DNA from: Vicugna vicugna
Lineage: Eukaryota
Direction of reading: 5' to 3'
DNA: 64,000 nt
NCBI GenBank assembly: GCA_013265495.1
Contig: MU057651.1
Location: 2,768,948 to 2,832,947, forward strand
Shown here piece after piece: positions 34,626-48,525 of this stretch (position 1 is its first letter; each line of letters begins with the position of its first letter). Under the pieces are notes generated by a model. The model was given only the letters and a program-made list of their open reading frames with translations, did no database searches and was not told where the DNA came from. The translations under genes and the position numbers were made by a program.

Positions 34626-37005
34626 CTCAAGAGCTGAGCATTGGGTACCCAGGCAATGATGGGTTAAATTGCCCCCTCAGTGCCCAGTGGACAGAACACC
34701 TTCAGGCAGCTACGTCCAGACAGAAGGTTAAAGCAAACACTTAATTTGCATGCACGGTCAGATCTCAGACTGGTCGACTGGGCCTGCTTTCTTGTGCGGG
34801 ACCGAGGCCAGCAGGTGGCCCCGAGCCCCAGGTAAGGCGGACTCTGGTGTGATAGGGTCAGAGCAAGTGGATTCTGGCAGGTTCCCATCAGCCACACAGA
34901 AGCAAGATGTGGTCCGATGTGAGCGGGGCCCTCCCAGGCGGAGGTCTGTGGGCCGGGGGCCGGGCTCACAGCCCACTGCTGTGCTATTAAACAGCGGGAC
35001 ACAGGAATCCAATTCGCAAAGCAGGGGTCCGCCGGGTCCCAGGGAACCAAACCGACCAGCCGCCGGGGAGGCCCGCAGTCTGCCCCCGGCCTCACTGCAT
35101 CCCGCAGGCATATTTACTGCTCGGAAAAGAGCGAAGTCATTTAACACATCACCCCTACAGATTAATCTCTACCTGTTGTCGCGGCTGCGGTGCAAAATGG
35201 CACAGTGATACCTTCTACTTTGTAAGGAAAAAAAAAAAATCCTAAGAATATCAGTGGAGGCATCTACTCAGTTTGAAAACATTTTGCAAAATGCCACCTT
35301 TAGTTTTGAAGCAGGCATCTTCCCTCCCATCACGTGTTTGTAAAGGCGGACCTGCGTGCTCCTTAGGACGTGACCTTAAGTCCGTTTTCTTAAAATCGGT
35401 GTAACGAGGCTGACAGCACTGATGGTTTCACAGCGGTCCGCTGAGCGGCAAACCCGTCATCAAATTCGTGCAGTTTTTATCTGTTCAGTAAAGTGCTTTT
35501 TTTTTTTCCAATGTAACTAGAAATTGGGCCCCACTTAAGAATGGTAAGTAATACATTCACTGATAAAGGGTCGTGCATCCGTTAGAGGAATTTGTAAACC
35601 TCGGATGGTGTGGCCTCTGTCTCAAGTTCAAGTGGGAAAAAGTGTTCGGGAAAACAGAGAAACACGCTCTAGAAGCCGGAATGGCTCTGGTGGGAATCCT
35701 GCCCCCGGCACTGGCCACCAGGCTGGCATTCTCCGGGCTGCGGCCAGGAGGGCCGCCCACGGAGGAGGGACACCGCTTTGGAAAGCTGTCCAGCGTCCCT
35801 TAAGACGGCTGAGGATGTCATAACCCACGGCTCGGCTACCCCCACCCCAGGTAAGTATCAAGGCCTGGAGGAACGTTCTTCAGATTTTTGTTCCCACAGC
35901 CCGCAGAGCAATTTTTAAAAATGCAGGCACCCTTTGGCCCAGTAAGTTGTCACCTGGAATTTTCATCGTCAGGTTGACAGCAGTTCCAAAGGCTGTAATT
36001 TCAGGGGAAAAACAGAACACTGGGACTTGGACATCATTCTTTTTTGACGGATCCGTTCGGATAAAAACACCCAGAGTGATGGAATTTCCACCACGACCTG
36101 TTTTTAAAATTCTCCAGCCACCTGCTTTTTTTTAAGATTTACATATTTGATACCCTTCCTTGTCTTTGTTTTCCTAGAGATCCTAGTCCCACTCACACCT
36201 GCCTCAGACTCATACACAAATATTTTCACGCTGGAATGTTTCTCTAATCCATCCCACTACCGTATTCTCTACAATAAAACCTCAAAAACATTTACGTTTC
36301 ATTGTTTGTTTGCTGTGACTTTGTTGCAAACGTTTTTGCTGTAGATTGAGTTCGTGACAACGGTCGTACAAAACTGATCAGTGTCATTACGATGTGTTTT
36401 GATAGACGTCAAACAGAAAATTAGACGTTCTATCAGCAATAAAACTCAACACTCTGATGGGATTATGACCCACGCGTCTGCAGAGCCCTTTACGGCAGAC
36501 GGGGAGGGGTCGGCTCGTGCCCTCGGCCACGGCCACTGTCACAGGCAGATCTGATCTAAGTAAGAGTTCGGGTGGGAATCGAGGTGTCTGGAAACTGACC
36601 GCCTTTAATTCTATTCTTTAATCTAAATCACGTGTTCAGTTGGCAAACTGCTTACTGATGGCACTCATGCCCCCACCCCGGGTCAGCCTGCAGGTGGACA
36701 TCAGATGGTCACCCTGGAGGCTGTCCCCTGACTGAGGAATTCCAGCAGCAAGGACGCCAGCACGGGCGCTGGCGGGTCACCTACTTGGAGTTGCATGTGG
36801 GCCTGAGGCCCCCGCTGCTTTCTGAGCCCACCTGTCACGGGAGAGAGGCGGGCAGTCCCAAGGATGTGGGTGAACCGTGGGGGGGACGTTTCAGGTTGTC
36901 ACCCAGGCCCTGATGTCCACCCTGAGGCCCTGGCCCATGGACTTGCAAACTGGACCGCATCGCATCGCACCCCCCCGCCACCCGGCCGAGGTCCCGGACC
37001 CTTAC

Positions 37006-37209
37006 CTCCCGTTGACCACAGTTTCCTTCTCCAGCCCGCTGGGCAGAACCACGGTGATGTCCACCACCCTGCGCCCCAGGTCCTCCCGCATGTTGAGCAC
37101 CTTCCGCTGAGGCCCGGGGGACACGTCGTGGGGAGGTTTCCATCCACCGTGCACGTCCGGGGAGGCGGGCTTTCCAGGAGGCGGTGGGGCTCGAGCCTTC
37201 ATCTTCCTC
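37006..37209 (-). CDS. COBL: COBL coding exon 2 (RKMKARAPPPPGKPAS...VDITVVLPSGLEKETVVNG), first KRAP/syndapin-binding motif and start of the Cobl-homology region
   Basis: Translation matches the recalled N-terminus of mammalian COBL. Acceptor ...cccccaccaag|GAGG, donor GGGAG|gtaag, 204 nt, ends in phase 2 matching the next exon. Confidence 0.96.
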
Positions 37210-40200
37210 CTTGGTGGGGGTGACAACACGGAAGGACTGAGTAGAGGGACCATTTCCCGGCCCGAAGGATGTAAATCACCTGTTGGTATCCGATCTCCTT
37301 CTAAACCCTTCTACTCCTCCTTACAGGCATTCATCGCTCCTTCCGAGTCACGTGGACTTTTAAAAATCAACACATGGGCACTCTTGGACACCGAGAGAAC
37401 ACGGGTCACTAAGAAACGGTTCTGAAAGTTCAGTGTTCCTGGAAAGGGGCAGACTAAGGTGTGTTCACCACCTGGGAGTGGGCTGGGGAGCGGAATGCCG
37501 CGTGGCCCCTTCCCTCAAAATATTCTGCAGCTGAGAAGCTGGTGTCAGTGAGCTCCCAGCTGCCCCAGAAGCACACGGTTCTGGGCTGCAGGGTGGGGAT
37601 GGAAAGCCAGGGTGCCTGACTTCCGGGCGCCCCCTCTCCCACCCGCCCCGCCCGCCTCCAGCCGGACAGAGATGCAACAGGAACCCACGAAACGCGCACG
37701 GGGTCCGCTGGCCCAAAGCATCAGACCATCAGACCATCAGAATTCCACGTCTGGAAACACCTCCCAACCAAAAAACCCCACAAGGATGCACGGAGGGAGG
37801 GTCAAAGACGGCTCAGTGTAACGTACTTGAGAAGGCTAACAAGAGCAAGGTCATCTAACCGCGGGTACCATAAATTATGGTACCAAAACAATGTCCTACA
37901 AGTGCTGGTTCAATGTCCTTTGAAAGCATCTAATCTGGTGTTTCAAAATGCTCAACACAGGTATTTGAGAAAAATGAACTTCAAAATATTATCTCTTTCG
38001 AGAAACACCATTTATAAGAGAAGCATGTGTTATACACAGCAATGGACCGCAGAATGGTCTAGAAAACAAAGCAAAGAACTAGCTAGCAGCGATGACCTCT
38101 GGGTGACGGGGACCACGACATTTGCTATTTTTACTTCTATGCATTTCCAAATTGTTCCTGTAATATCACCTATGTATCACGTGCAAAATGAAAAGAGATC
38201 GTTTCAAAAGGAGAAAAAAATAGGAAGTGGGGTTCAAGGAGGCTTCAAGCCATCACTGCTCATGTCACTGGTTAACCCAAGACTTGGGAGTGACATCTGG
38301 GTCACATCCTCCACCACGAGCGTGGTCCATCTTTGCACGCCCCGATCGCCCGGCCACAAAGCTGCTCCCTACGGGCTGAGCCCGGGCTGCGAGCCCCCAG
38401 GCTGCACAGACACCCAGGGAAGTTTCTGTGGGTCCAGCGGTGTGTTCCGTGTGTGCATGTGTGTGTGTGTGCGGGTGTGCATGTGTGTGCACAGGTAAGT
38501 TAGCCAACGTTGAAAAAACCAGAACGTTTCACATTCACAAAATTAATTTCTGGCTCCTTTGGGGGGAAAAATCAAACAAAAAGACCTAACAGGGTGCTGA
38601 ACATCGTCCCAGCAAAACCCAGCTGCGTGCGTCAGCCTGGACCCGTGGGCTCCATGCCATCACTCATCCGTCCCCTGGTGACAGCCGCATCGAGCCAGCA
38701 GAACCTGAATGTCCAAGAGCTGGTGTGCGTTAATGATCGCAGCATCTCTCTAGAGCGGAGGCTCCTGTCTGAATGTTAAATCAGCACATGGCTTGAGCTG
38801 CAACTCTGTGTCATTTGAGGAAAGCCAGTGAGACAAAAATACACAGCTAATGTGTTAATAACTTCATGGGTCCGTTTGACGTCACAGAATAACATTTGCA
38901 TTATTTTCAGAAGTTGCCCGTGGAAAATGCTCACACCAGAAGTGATGCCTGGGGTGTACACGGATTCGTGGACCCACTTCAGAAGTCCTGTGTGTCCAGG
39001 CATGTGCAGCGGCTTGACGCCAGCCTGGGACCCTGGACGCAGAGGTCCCACCGCACATGTCACGTGTCTGCTCACGTGGCAAGCTGGCACCTCATTTCCT
39101 CCATGATTATTTACCGTCTCCAGAGGGCAGCAGGTGCTATGTGAAGGCTGCCTGCATTTTCACTAGTTTGCACACTTTTCTTCGTATCTGTAGGTCGTTA
39201 AAAATCCTTATTGACGATGATAATGACAATGGTACAGATCAACACAGTTGGAGCCTGCAAGGGACATGGAAGACCCACAGAACCTCGAGACAACAATGGA
39301 ACTGAAGAAATCCGTGTGGATGCAGGGGTGGGGTGTTTCAGGCAGAGGGGAGACCACAGCGTTCCTGAGGGCGTGCGGATGCTGGAGGTGGGGGACAGAG
39401 GGAGGGACGGCGAAAAGAAAAAAAAATACAGTGATGCACATCGGAGAAGATGCAAAACATGCGAGCTGAGGCCATATCTGTCCAGGGGAGGGAGCCCCGC
39501 CGGCGCCTTGAACCCTCCTCTGTCCAGCGAGCACCCACAATACTTCTGGGTCCGGCTTGTGTTTTCAAGGACGGAGCCGTGTGTCAGTTTAAGAGCCGGA
39601 GCTGCCCAGGTGCATGGACACCACCCTTCCCCACAAGCTCCATCTACATGGCACAGGGTCCCCGGGTCCCTGCAGGGGCCCCAGTGATCTTCACTTGGCC
39701 CGGAGAAGCCAAGGCGCTGCCCAGCGGGTGTGGTCCCCCCTGGAGGGTCCGTGCAGGTGCCGGGCAGCTGGGTCCCCCCGAGACGAAGGCGTGCAGGGCA
39801 CTGCAAGGGCCAGGCTTCTGTTTCAGCCTGGGGAAGCCACTGGGAGCTGGCACCCCGAGCCTGGCCCCTCCTGGGCACAGCCTGGGAGGCGCCCTGGCGG
39901 AGAGCAGGGTGGGTCCTGGTGCTTTTCAGGCTGAGAGTCGCTGAGCAGGCAACTTGCCCTCCCCGCCCCACCCAGGATAAGAAGCCGGGTGTGCCCTGGC
40001 AGGAAGGAATGATGTATCAAATAACAAAAACACAGAAAAAAATATTCCTGGCATCTCAAAGGTCAAGCATCGCAAAACCATCGCATGAAAACATTTCTGG
40101 CATTTCCAAGGCCGTCCGTCAGAACTCCGAAAGGTTTTATCTTAAAACCATCAGTCACCAGCCTGAATTTCAGGGCGGCGCCGGCCAGTTCTCACACCAG

Positions 40201-41191
40201 CCGGGCGCCGGCCGTGGGTTTCTCTCCCCAGGGCCCTTCGATGTGCGTAAGATGCAGAGATCTGCTCCCTGACAGTCAGGTCCAGGACGGTGCACCGCCT
40301 GGGCCGGCTGAGTGCAAATCCCAGGGCGGCTGATTTAAATCCTGACCCCTCAGGCCACACCGGCGTCCAGCCAGAATGCAGGAGCCGGGGCAGGGGGGGC
40401 CCGCAGCCCGAGGAGAGAAAGCCTGCATTTCCCGCCACTTCTCTGAGCACAGCCCGAAGGGTCCTCCGCTTTGCATCTTACGGTCCAGGACCAGCGGACA
40501 CAGGAAACATGCTGATGCCACGCACCCGAATGCCAAGCCTGTGTGACCCCCGCCCGTTTACCGGGGAAGGAAGCAGGGAGAACCACGCTCACGGAAAGGG
40601 GATTTCAAAGAGAAGTCAGGCACATCCCGCTGCCCTGTCCTGATCCACCCGTGAACCGGGTTCTGGCTAAGCGGGTCTGTTTGCGCTGCAGGCACGAGGG
40701 AGTCACCATTCTCTCCCCAGATTCTTCCCAAGCACGAAGAGTCGGAAAGTTGGACACCAGCTGCCCTGGTTCTCAGGGTCACGTCACCGCCAGTGTCATG
40801 TTGTCCCTCCTGCCAGTGGCCGGAGGGGACCTCTGCCTCGTCCCCGGGGAGGGGGCAGCCCGGAGGCTGGCAGTGCCTCCTGGGAGAGTCAGTGCAGGCG
40901 TCCCGGACAGCCGAGTAACTGGGCTCAGTGGGACCTCCCAAACCTGACTGCGTTTAGTCATCTCATAGTGGAGCCTTGGGTGCAGATAACGGATTCAGTG
41001 ATCTGGGAATCACTGGTTTGGCTGAAGCACCAAAGAAAGGGGACAGAAATACCAGGATCTTAACACTGATACCATCAACCTGCCATCTGCACACTTAAAT
41101 CTAACTCCTCCTGTGGTCAGGAGCCGTGCGTGTCAACACATATTCAGTTGGCATCCTCAGGTACCAGGAGCATCTTAAAACGTGTGATCGC

Positions 41192-41386
41192 TCAACAGAT
41201 GACTAGATAAAGAAGAGGTGGTATATTTATACAATGGAATACTACTCAGCCATGAAAATGACAACATAACGCCATTTGCAGCAACATGGATGGAACTGGA
41301 GTATGTCATTCTAAGTGAAGTAAGCCAGAAAAAGAAAGAAAAATACAATATGAGATCACTCAGATGTGGAATCTAAAAAAAAAAAG
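41192..41386 (+). mobile_element. L1 ORF2-end/3'UTR fragment
   Basis: acagatgactagataaagaag..tatatttatacaatggaatactactcagccat..attctaagtgaagtaagccaga, similar to the 21.4k copy. Confidence 0.9.
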
Positions 41387-42373
41387 ACGGATGAGTGCAG
41401 CTGTAGGCTGCCCTCCACCAGCTCACGGTCCCCCAGGGCAGCCTGAGAGCAGCACACGGAAACACAGAAAGGGGATGGCAAAACCCCGAGCACAGTGAGA
41501 AACAGGAGGGGCTCTCCAAGGACTGGAAAGGACTCTGGACTTAGGCTGAGCTCGGGAACTTTCGGGAAATGGTCAGGGAGTGGCGACATGAAGAAGCAGT
41601 TGGAGGTGCCAAGAGCCAGGGTGGGCAGGATGCTGTTCCCGGCAGGGACGGTCATTCCGAGGGCTTGGAGGTGGGAAGGGCTGGGGATGTGGGAAGCGTT
41701 TTGGGAAACTGGCGTGTGGGGAGCCCAAGGCGGGCGGCTTGAAGTGATCCAGGGGGTACCCACAGAGCCTGGGTTATGGGGACCCCGGGCATGCAGACGG
41801 TGAGGATTCTGGTGCTCAAACTGAAGGCGGCTGACCATCATATCCAAAGGAGGAATCCCACAGTCACGAGCAACACAAGGAGGAATGCCACGGGGGCTGG
41901 AAAGAACCAGGGGCAGAGAGCTCTCCAGGGGCAGGGAGGCCGGAAGGAAGGTCGGAGCCCGCTCCGAGCAGGCGGAGGTGAAGGCAGGTAAGAGAGGGCG
42001 GGCCACCGGGCAAGGACTCTGGGTCAGGACACGGTTGGGACACACGGGAACTAATTCACCTGCCCCGCCTGCACCCCAGCAGAAAACACCTCACTTCGTG
42101 ACTCCGGGATCTCGGCCCCACAAGGCCTGAACGTGTCGCACATTTTGTGATCTTGTGTGAAGATGGACCCAGGGAACAGGTGTCAGAGGCCCCCATCTTC
42201 ATATGCCCTCTCGACCCCAAAGAGGGTGTCGGCCTGATGAATAAAACTCAAATAGATTTACAGCAGAGGCCCGCCATGGTGGCCTGGAAACCCAGTGAGG
42301 TCAAAATGTCCCTGTTCATTATTATTTTTTTAAAATTGTAAACACAGATTTCTGAAATAATTATAGAATTCTT

Positions 42374-42517
42374 TTGTGTGCATGTGTGTTTTGCGGGGGG
42401 GGGGGGAAGTAATTAGGTTTATTTAACGTGTTTATTTAAATGGAGGGACTGGGGATGGAAGCCAGGACCTCGTGCACGGCAAGCACATGCTCTACCACGG
42501 AGTGGCACCCTCCCCCC
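42374..42517 (-). mobile_element. vic-1-like SINE with TSD tagaattctt
   Basis: Reverse-complement head; TSD at 42364-42373 and 42520-42529. Confidence 0.88.
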
Positions 42518-43031
42518 TCTAGAATTCTTAAGTAAAAGTTGTGCACAGGAAAATTGGTCTAACAGTTCTTTCTCACACTAAAGTTAACCAGTCCTTACAG
42601 ATTTACAAACGGATTCATTGGTAGCCCAGAGGGTAAAAGATTTTCTTTTTAACGTGCAATCCTTTCAATATTTTTTTTAAAAAGTTACCAGCAGCCCACA
42701 CGGGGCATCTGAATTCCACCCGCTGCCCAATCGCTCAGCGCCAGTGCCAGGTGCGGATGGGGCTGGGGCCACGCTGGGGACACAGAATGATGCCCCCTGC
42801 GCCTTGAGGGCTGAGTGATAATTCCGACACCTGCACCAGCTTTTCGTCTGGGGCCTGAGATCACGACACAAAGGTCTTGCCCTTTTCAGCGGCCGTGGAC
42901 AGTGTTCAACAGGCAATGAGGAACATGTCTTCTACCTTTCAGTGTCCTGTTTGGACGCGTTATTAAATCGATCCATCAAATTAACGGGACCTTGTTAAGT
43001 TCCCTGCATTAAAGATGAAAACAGCCAAGGT

Positions 43032-43135
43032 GGGGAGGGTGCAGCTCAGGGATGGAGCACGTGCTCAGCACGCAGCAGGTCCCGGGTTCAATCCCCAGGA
43101 CCCCCCTGCTAACAAAAGAATAATAATAAAAAAAC
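43032..43135 (+). mobile_element. vic-1-like SINE
   Basis: ggggagggtgcagctcagggatggagcacgtgctcagcacgcagcaggtcccgggttcaatcccc plus A tail. Confidence 0.88.
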
Positions 43136-46100
43136 TTTAAAGACAGTGTTTTAACAAAATAAGTAAAAGGCACCGCCATGATGATGGTGTGGATGTAGAT
43201 AACGGGCCTCCTCTTAAAGCGCAGAGATGAACGTGCACAGGGAGACACCGAAATCCAGAGACAGAACGTCTGACATTCATGAGGAATGCTGGCGACTTCG
43301 GCCCCGCGTCAGCGGCCACCGAAAGGGAGCGAGGCTTGGGATTCAGAGTCGGGGCTGCCTGGCAGGCGGCCGGGGTGATTCCACCGTCTCGTGGAGCCGC
43401 CGTGCCTCAGTTTCTCGGCCTGGGAAGCAGAGACGATCTCACAGGATCGCTAGGAAGACCGGAACGCCGGGCCCTCCCGTTCGCGATGAACGTTAGCTCA
43501 TCGCAGCCTGGGGCGGCCGTCAGCTCGGTGGGCCTGACCTTCGAGTTTACTTATCCCTGGCTGCCTGTTTGGAGAAAACTGTAATGCATTTAATTGAACA
43601 CAGGAGGTCACAATCTTTTTTTTTTGTCTCTCTGTTAAGATGGGACCATGCAGGGTTCCACTGGGATACAGGCAAGCAGGCCGGGGTTCCACGTCTCCCC
43701 AGATGTTCACTGACGCTCATCTGAGCTATTTCAGAGCATCTCCAACCAGATGGTCTGCACGGGGGAGGGGGGCAGCCAGGGCTTCCGTCCCCCCCCCATC
43801 CATCCATCTGTCCATTTTGACTCTCAAAAGCCAACTGTGGGCATGAAGTGGAGGGTCTGCCCCCTTCTGAGGGAAGGGGGTGCCGCCCTGCCTCCCCCGA
43901 GCCCCTCGCCGCCCCCTGGATTCTGCCCTGGGGGCCCCTCTGACCTCAGCCGGGGTGAGTCATGTCCAACGTCAAGAGGAGAGTTTTAGGTTCCAAGGGA
44001 AGAGGCCACCTGCTCCCCGGGTCGTGGTCCCAGCAGCGGCCGCGACTCTGAGAGCGCTCCTGGGACACGCCCGTGTGAGAGAAGGATGCGCGGCTCTGAC
44101 CAGACCTCCTCCTGGATCTCATCTCCTGAGATGCTCGCGTGGCAGGCTCCTGGCTCCCCCCGTGTCCTGCGTGGTGGGACGCCAGCCTGTCTGGGGTGCC
44201 CCGCCTCCGGGGGACTCCGGGCCAGCCCTGCCCACCCTGGGATGTGGGACCCGGGTCTCGCCCAGCGAAGCGCCCTGAATAGCCTTGGCGCCACGGAAGA
44301 AATGGACCGCGCTTTCTTTCGCAAGCGTATTTCGCCTGGAGGGTAGGGTTTCCCTCCCGCACGCTGCGTCTAGGATTTTCCCAGGAAGCTCAATGAAAGT
44401 TGCAATGATAACATCAGGGGTGGAGTCCCGGCGACTCCGGGCATCGGCGAGAGCAGGGCTCTCCGCTGCAGCCAGTGCCTCCATCCAGCCTCTCAGGGGC
44501 GATGAAATTCCAGGAGAACGTGGAGCAGAGACATCGAACCCCAAAAGCCGACACCAAAAAAAAAAAAAAAGAACTGGGTTCTTAGAAAGGAAGGAAAAAT
44601 TATACCATTTTCACAGCCGCCTTCAATGCCTGAAACAGGAACAAGGGACAGGGAGGGACGTGGCCTTCCAGCTGGGGCCCCGAAAGAGATGCTCCAGAAA
44701 GTTCGGGGCGGTCGAGATGGAATGTCAATTCGAAGGAGTCCCTCACACCTCCATGTCCTGCCTCTCACCGGGTCAGCCTTCTGCTAAATTCCGCACTCCA
44801 GCCCTCATTTCAAACGTAAATCATAGGATGCCCTCCCCCACCCCCCGTCCCTCCTTCCATCCCTCCATCACTTCCCCTTTGTCCTTGCCGGCACAGCCGT
44901 GAGCGCACCCACCTCGACGCCCCACCAGCCTGGCCCTGCACCCCCCCCCGCTGTCCCTTCCACGCACCTCCCTTGGTTCCCCGAATCGGCGAGCTCTTCC
45001 TTGTCAAGGCCTCCGCATATGCTGTTCCCCCGCCAGCAATGCTGTTCCCTCTCCTCCCGACTGCCTTCCACCCTCCATGACTCGAACTGGAGGGCGTGCG
45101 CCTCGCGGCTGGTACTCAGCCGCCCTGTCGTGTGAGGGTGAAGGTTCAGAAACCCTGCAGGACGGCAGGGCCCCACCAAGGGCAGACAGGACCGGGTGCC
45201 AAAGAGGAAATGAGCCGTCCCCACCGCCCGGGAACCGACCCCCATGTCCCCGAGCCCAGCAGTGATCGGGGTTTTAGCTCTCGGTCTCTGCAAACTGACA
45301 AGCCGGCCCAGCACCGAGCACTCTGCCTGGCTTCAGTCCTCACCACCACGGCAAACGCACGTTTACTTTCCCCATTGCACAGACGGGATGATGGAGGATC
45401 CCACGGGGAGGGACTCGCTCCGATCATCCTGCCAGGAGGTCCTCCTGAGCGCTTGCACCACCGCCCCCTCCTCGGTTATCTCCCCAGTGTACCCGGCCCG
45501 GTGACGCGCAGACGTCCAGGCTCCCTGCCGCGTGCCGGCCGGCCGGCATCCTTCGGTGGCAGCTCTGATGAGAGGAGGCAGGGCAGAAGGTGGCCTCTGG
45601 GGAAGGTTTCTGGCACAGAGTCTGCTGTGACGTGGCGTCTGGACAAGCCCTGTTCCTAACAGAGGTTGAGCTCCCCCCCGCCAAGAGCATCATTCAGTGC
45701 TCAAGTCTCCTCGGAGTTCACACGAAGCACGGGGGCTGTGTGAGCCTCACGGGGCGGAGGCGGGGGAGAGGCGGAGTTACGGGGAGACAGAGGGGCTCGG
45801 TGGGCCGACAGCGGGGAGGTGGCTGAGCCCCGACACACCCCGGGTCCGTCCTCAGGGTTCCCAAAGCCTTTGGAATCAGGCTCCTTTTAGGTTCCGATGA
45901 GGGGCAGGATGCATTGAGACCAACACGTGCACACGCTTTCTGCAAAGCACCGTGAGGGATGGGGACCCCGGGTTAGAACCCCTGAGATGCCCTCTCTCGG
46001 AGTCCAGTACCTCCCCAGAGCAGGGCACTGCTCCTTCCAAGACAGGAATCCCTTCTAACAAAGGGCAAATGAGAGCCTCCCCCTGATGCCTTCCCTGTGG

Positions 46101-46592
46101 TCCCTGCCTCTAAAAACTGAACTCAGGACCAAAGAACCATCCAGCGGAGAATCCAGACAAATGTGTCTGTGAAACGCTCAAACCAAGATGCCACCTGCCT
46201 GTAAGCTGCAGCTTGATGGAGAGACACACCACGGTGTCCCACGAAAACAGGGGGAGCCGGGGTCCCCGCACACACACGGCTTTTCAGGGCAACGCAGAGA
46301 CACCGTCAACTGGAATTCGGCCCCAGAGCACCCTTGGGTGGCTGCAAAGCGTCCGCCAGCCGTGGGGACCCGCACTGGAGTCGGAAGGCAGTGACGTCAA
46401 ATCTAACCGCGACGTTCTAGCAGGTGACTCCATCCGGGCAGATTCTCAGCCTCAGTTTACCCAAGAGCCCAGCCAACAGTGAGTTCGTGATGGGCTTCCT
46501 GCAGGATTCAACGAGACGAGCCATGAAGTTTCTTGCAGGGCACGGGTCCCCAGGCAGTTATAACAATTTTGATCATTATTGGCAGGTTTATT

Positions 46593-46726
46593 TATTTTTT
46601 TTGCAGGGGGAGGTAATTCAACTTTTTTTACTTATTTATTTTTTGATGGAGGGACTGGGGCTGGAACCCAGGACCCGGTGCGTGCTAAGCACGCGCTCTA
46701 CCCCTGAGCTGTGCTCTCCCTTCCCC
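46593..46726 (-). mobile_element. vic-1-like SINE with TSD gcaggtttatt
   Basis: Reverse-complement head; TSD at 46582-46592 and 46729-46739. Confidence 0.9.
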
Positions 46727-48354
46727 AAGCAGGTTTATTCATGAGGACAAAGAAGCCTTCTGTCTCCACGAGGGCAGAGGAGAAGCCGGCGAAAAGCTCA
46801 CCTGCGTGGCCGACGCCTCCAAAACCAACCCAAGGGGAATCTCACAGTCGCGACCTGGGACCGGGGGACCTCGCAGCAATTCAACACGGAAAGGTCCGCG
46901 CTCGTGATGGGATTCTCCAGGACGTCATGACAGAAGCCATCCGTGACACTCACCCGACTCTAAGTGCGGGCCTGTGTGATCAGCCATCACGTACATACTC
47001 AGAGAGGGACACTTGAGAGCCGAGCCTCACGGCTACTAGCCGGCTCCCAGCAAGGTAAGACAGAGCCCGTCGGTGTGGCCCGTTCCGTCGGCAAAGCCTC
47101 CGCGCGAAAGCCGAGCAGCGCAGCTCAGGCTGCAAGGATCAGATAAAACCCGAAGTCAGATCGTTAGATGGCATCGCTAGGTGACTGCGGTTTGGACATC
47201 CTCAGCAAACGAAGTGAGAGAGATCAGAGAAGACTTACAGGTTCCCAAACCAGCTGGCCACGTCTGCACACATCCCGAGCTGTCCCCGCCCTCGCCCGGA
47301 GGGACTCTGGCGGCCGGAGCGGTCTCGGGAGCTCAAGACAAGAAGTTGGTCCCCGAGTTTCTCCGGATGCGAGCGCGGAGCTGAAGCGGCGCCCGGAGAA
47401 CCCGCCGAGGCCACCGATCCGACCAGCCTAGTGACTTATTCATAAACACGCCGCCCGAGCGAGCGAGGCAGGGTTTCCTCCCAGGCGAGCCCGGAGCGCT
47501 GATGCCCGCACGGGCCGGCGTGCTCCCCGCGCGGTCCACGTCTCAGACCTCGTGATCCGGAAACCGAACCACGAGGAGGAAGATGCATCAGGGACGGGGC
47601 GCAGAGCGGCATCCTGAACAAGGATGCCCGGCGACAGCCCGCCTCTGCCCCACCAAGCGTGCCCAGCGCCTTCTCTGGGGGGCCCGGGTGCGCATCGCCG
47701 GAGCGCGCTGGGCGACAGGTGTGATTAATATTCGTCGAGGCACCGCTCAGGCCTTTGATGTGGCCAGCCACCCCGTGCAGCCAAGCGCTTGCTGGATCTG
47801 CAGGGAGCAGCTCTCACCTCCTCCCAGGCGCGATTTGGCACCTTCTTCGGCAGAAGGGTTTTGCTTTTTCTTTTCTCCCCGCCTCCCCAGCTCTGCGCTC
47901 ACAGACAGGTGTCTTCGGGCTTGAAGGCCATGTGCAGTTTCTACCAGTATCACCGCCCCGGGATGACAAAGCGTCCAGCCAGACAGACAAGGGGAATCGG
48001 CTCTCATCCGAGCCAAGGGCCGGGGGTGCCCAGTGAGGGCGCAGCAGGCTTGGGGATGAAGTGACCTGGCCGCCAGGACAACACCCTTCCCCTCCTGGAC
48101 CCCACGATCTGCTCCGTAACGTCCCCTCAGTTACCTGCAGCCCCCCCGAGTTCTGGCGGACCTGCCTCTCCAGGTGGCGAGGTATGACGGTGGCCCCGCA
48201 CAGCCCCAAGGAGGCAAGGCGTGTGCTGCCGCCCCCAGGAAGACACCAGTGGCCCCCAAGCTTCCTCACTGCGGGGAGGCCACACCCACACCTGTCACCG
48301 CCTCGCTGCTCCCACCACCTGCTGGACTCTGCTGGAGTCTTCCCTGCGCAACAC

Positions 48355-48525
48355 GCCTCCTCCTTCCGTCAATGCTTCACCATTTCCTGCCTCCCTGTCA
48401 TCTCCTCCTTCCCCTCCTCCCCCTCGTCCTCCCTTACCTCCCCCGTTACCTCCTCCTCTTACCTCCCCCTCCCCCCTCCTCTTACCTCCCCCTCCTCCCA
48501 AAAAAAAACCCTCCTCCCCCTCCAA
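48355..48525. repeat. C/T-rich low-complexity tract ((CCT)n-like)
   Basis: Directly visible. Confidence 0.8.

Noticed and set aside
37827..38498. 223-aa plus-strand ORF
   Set aside because: Non-ATG start, no recognisable homology, and it runs through degenerate repeat-like and (TG)n sequence.
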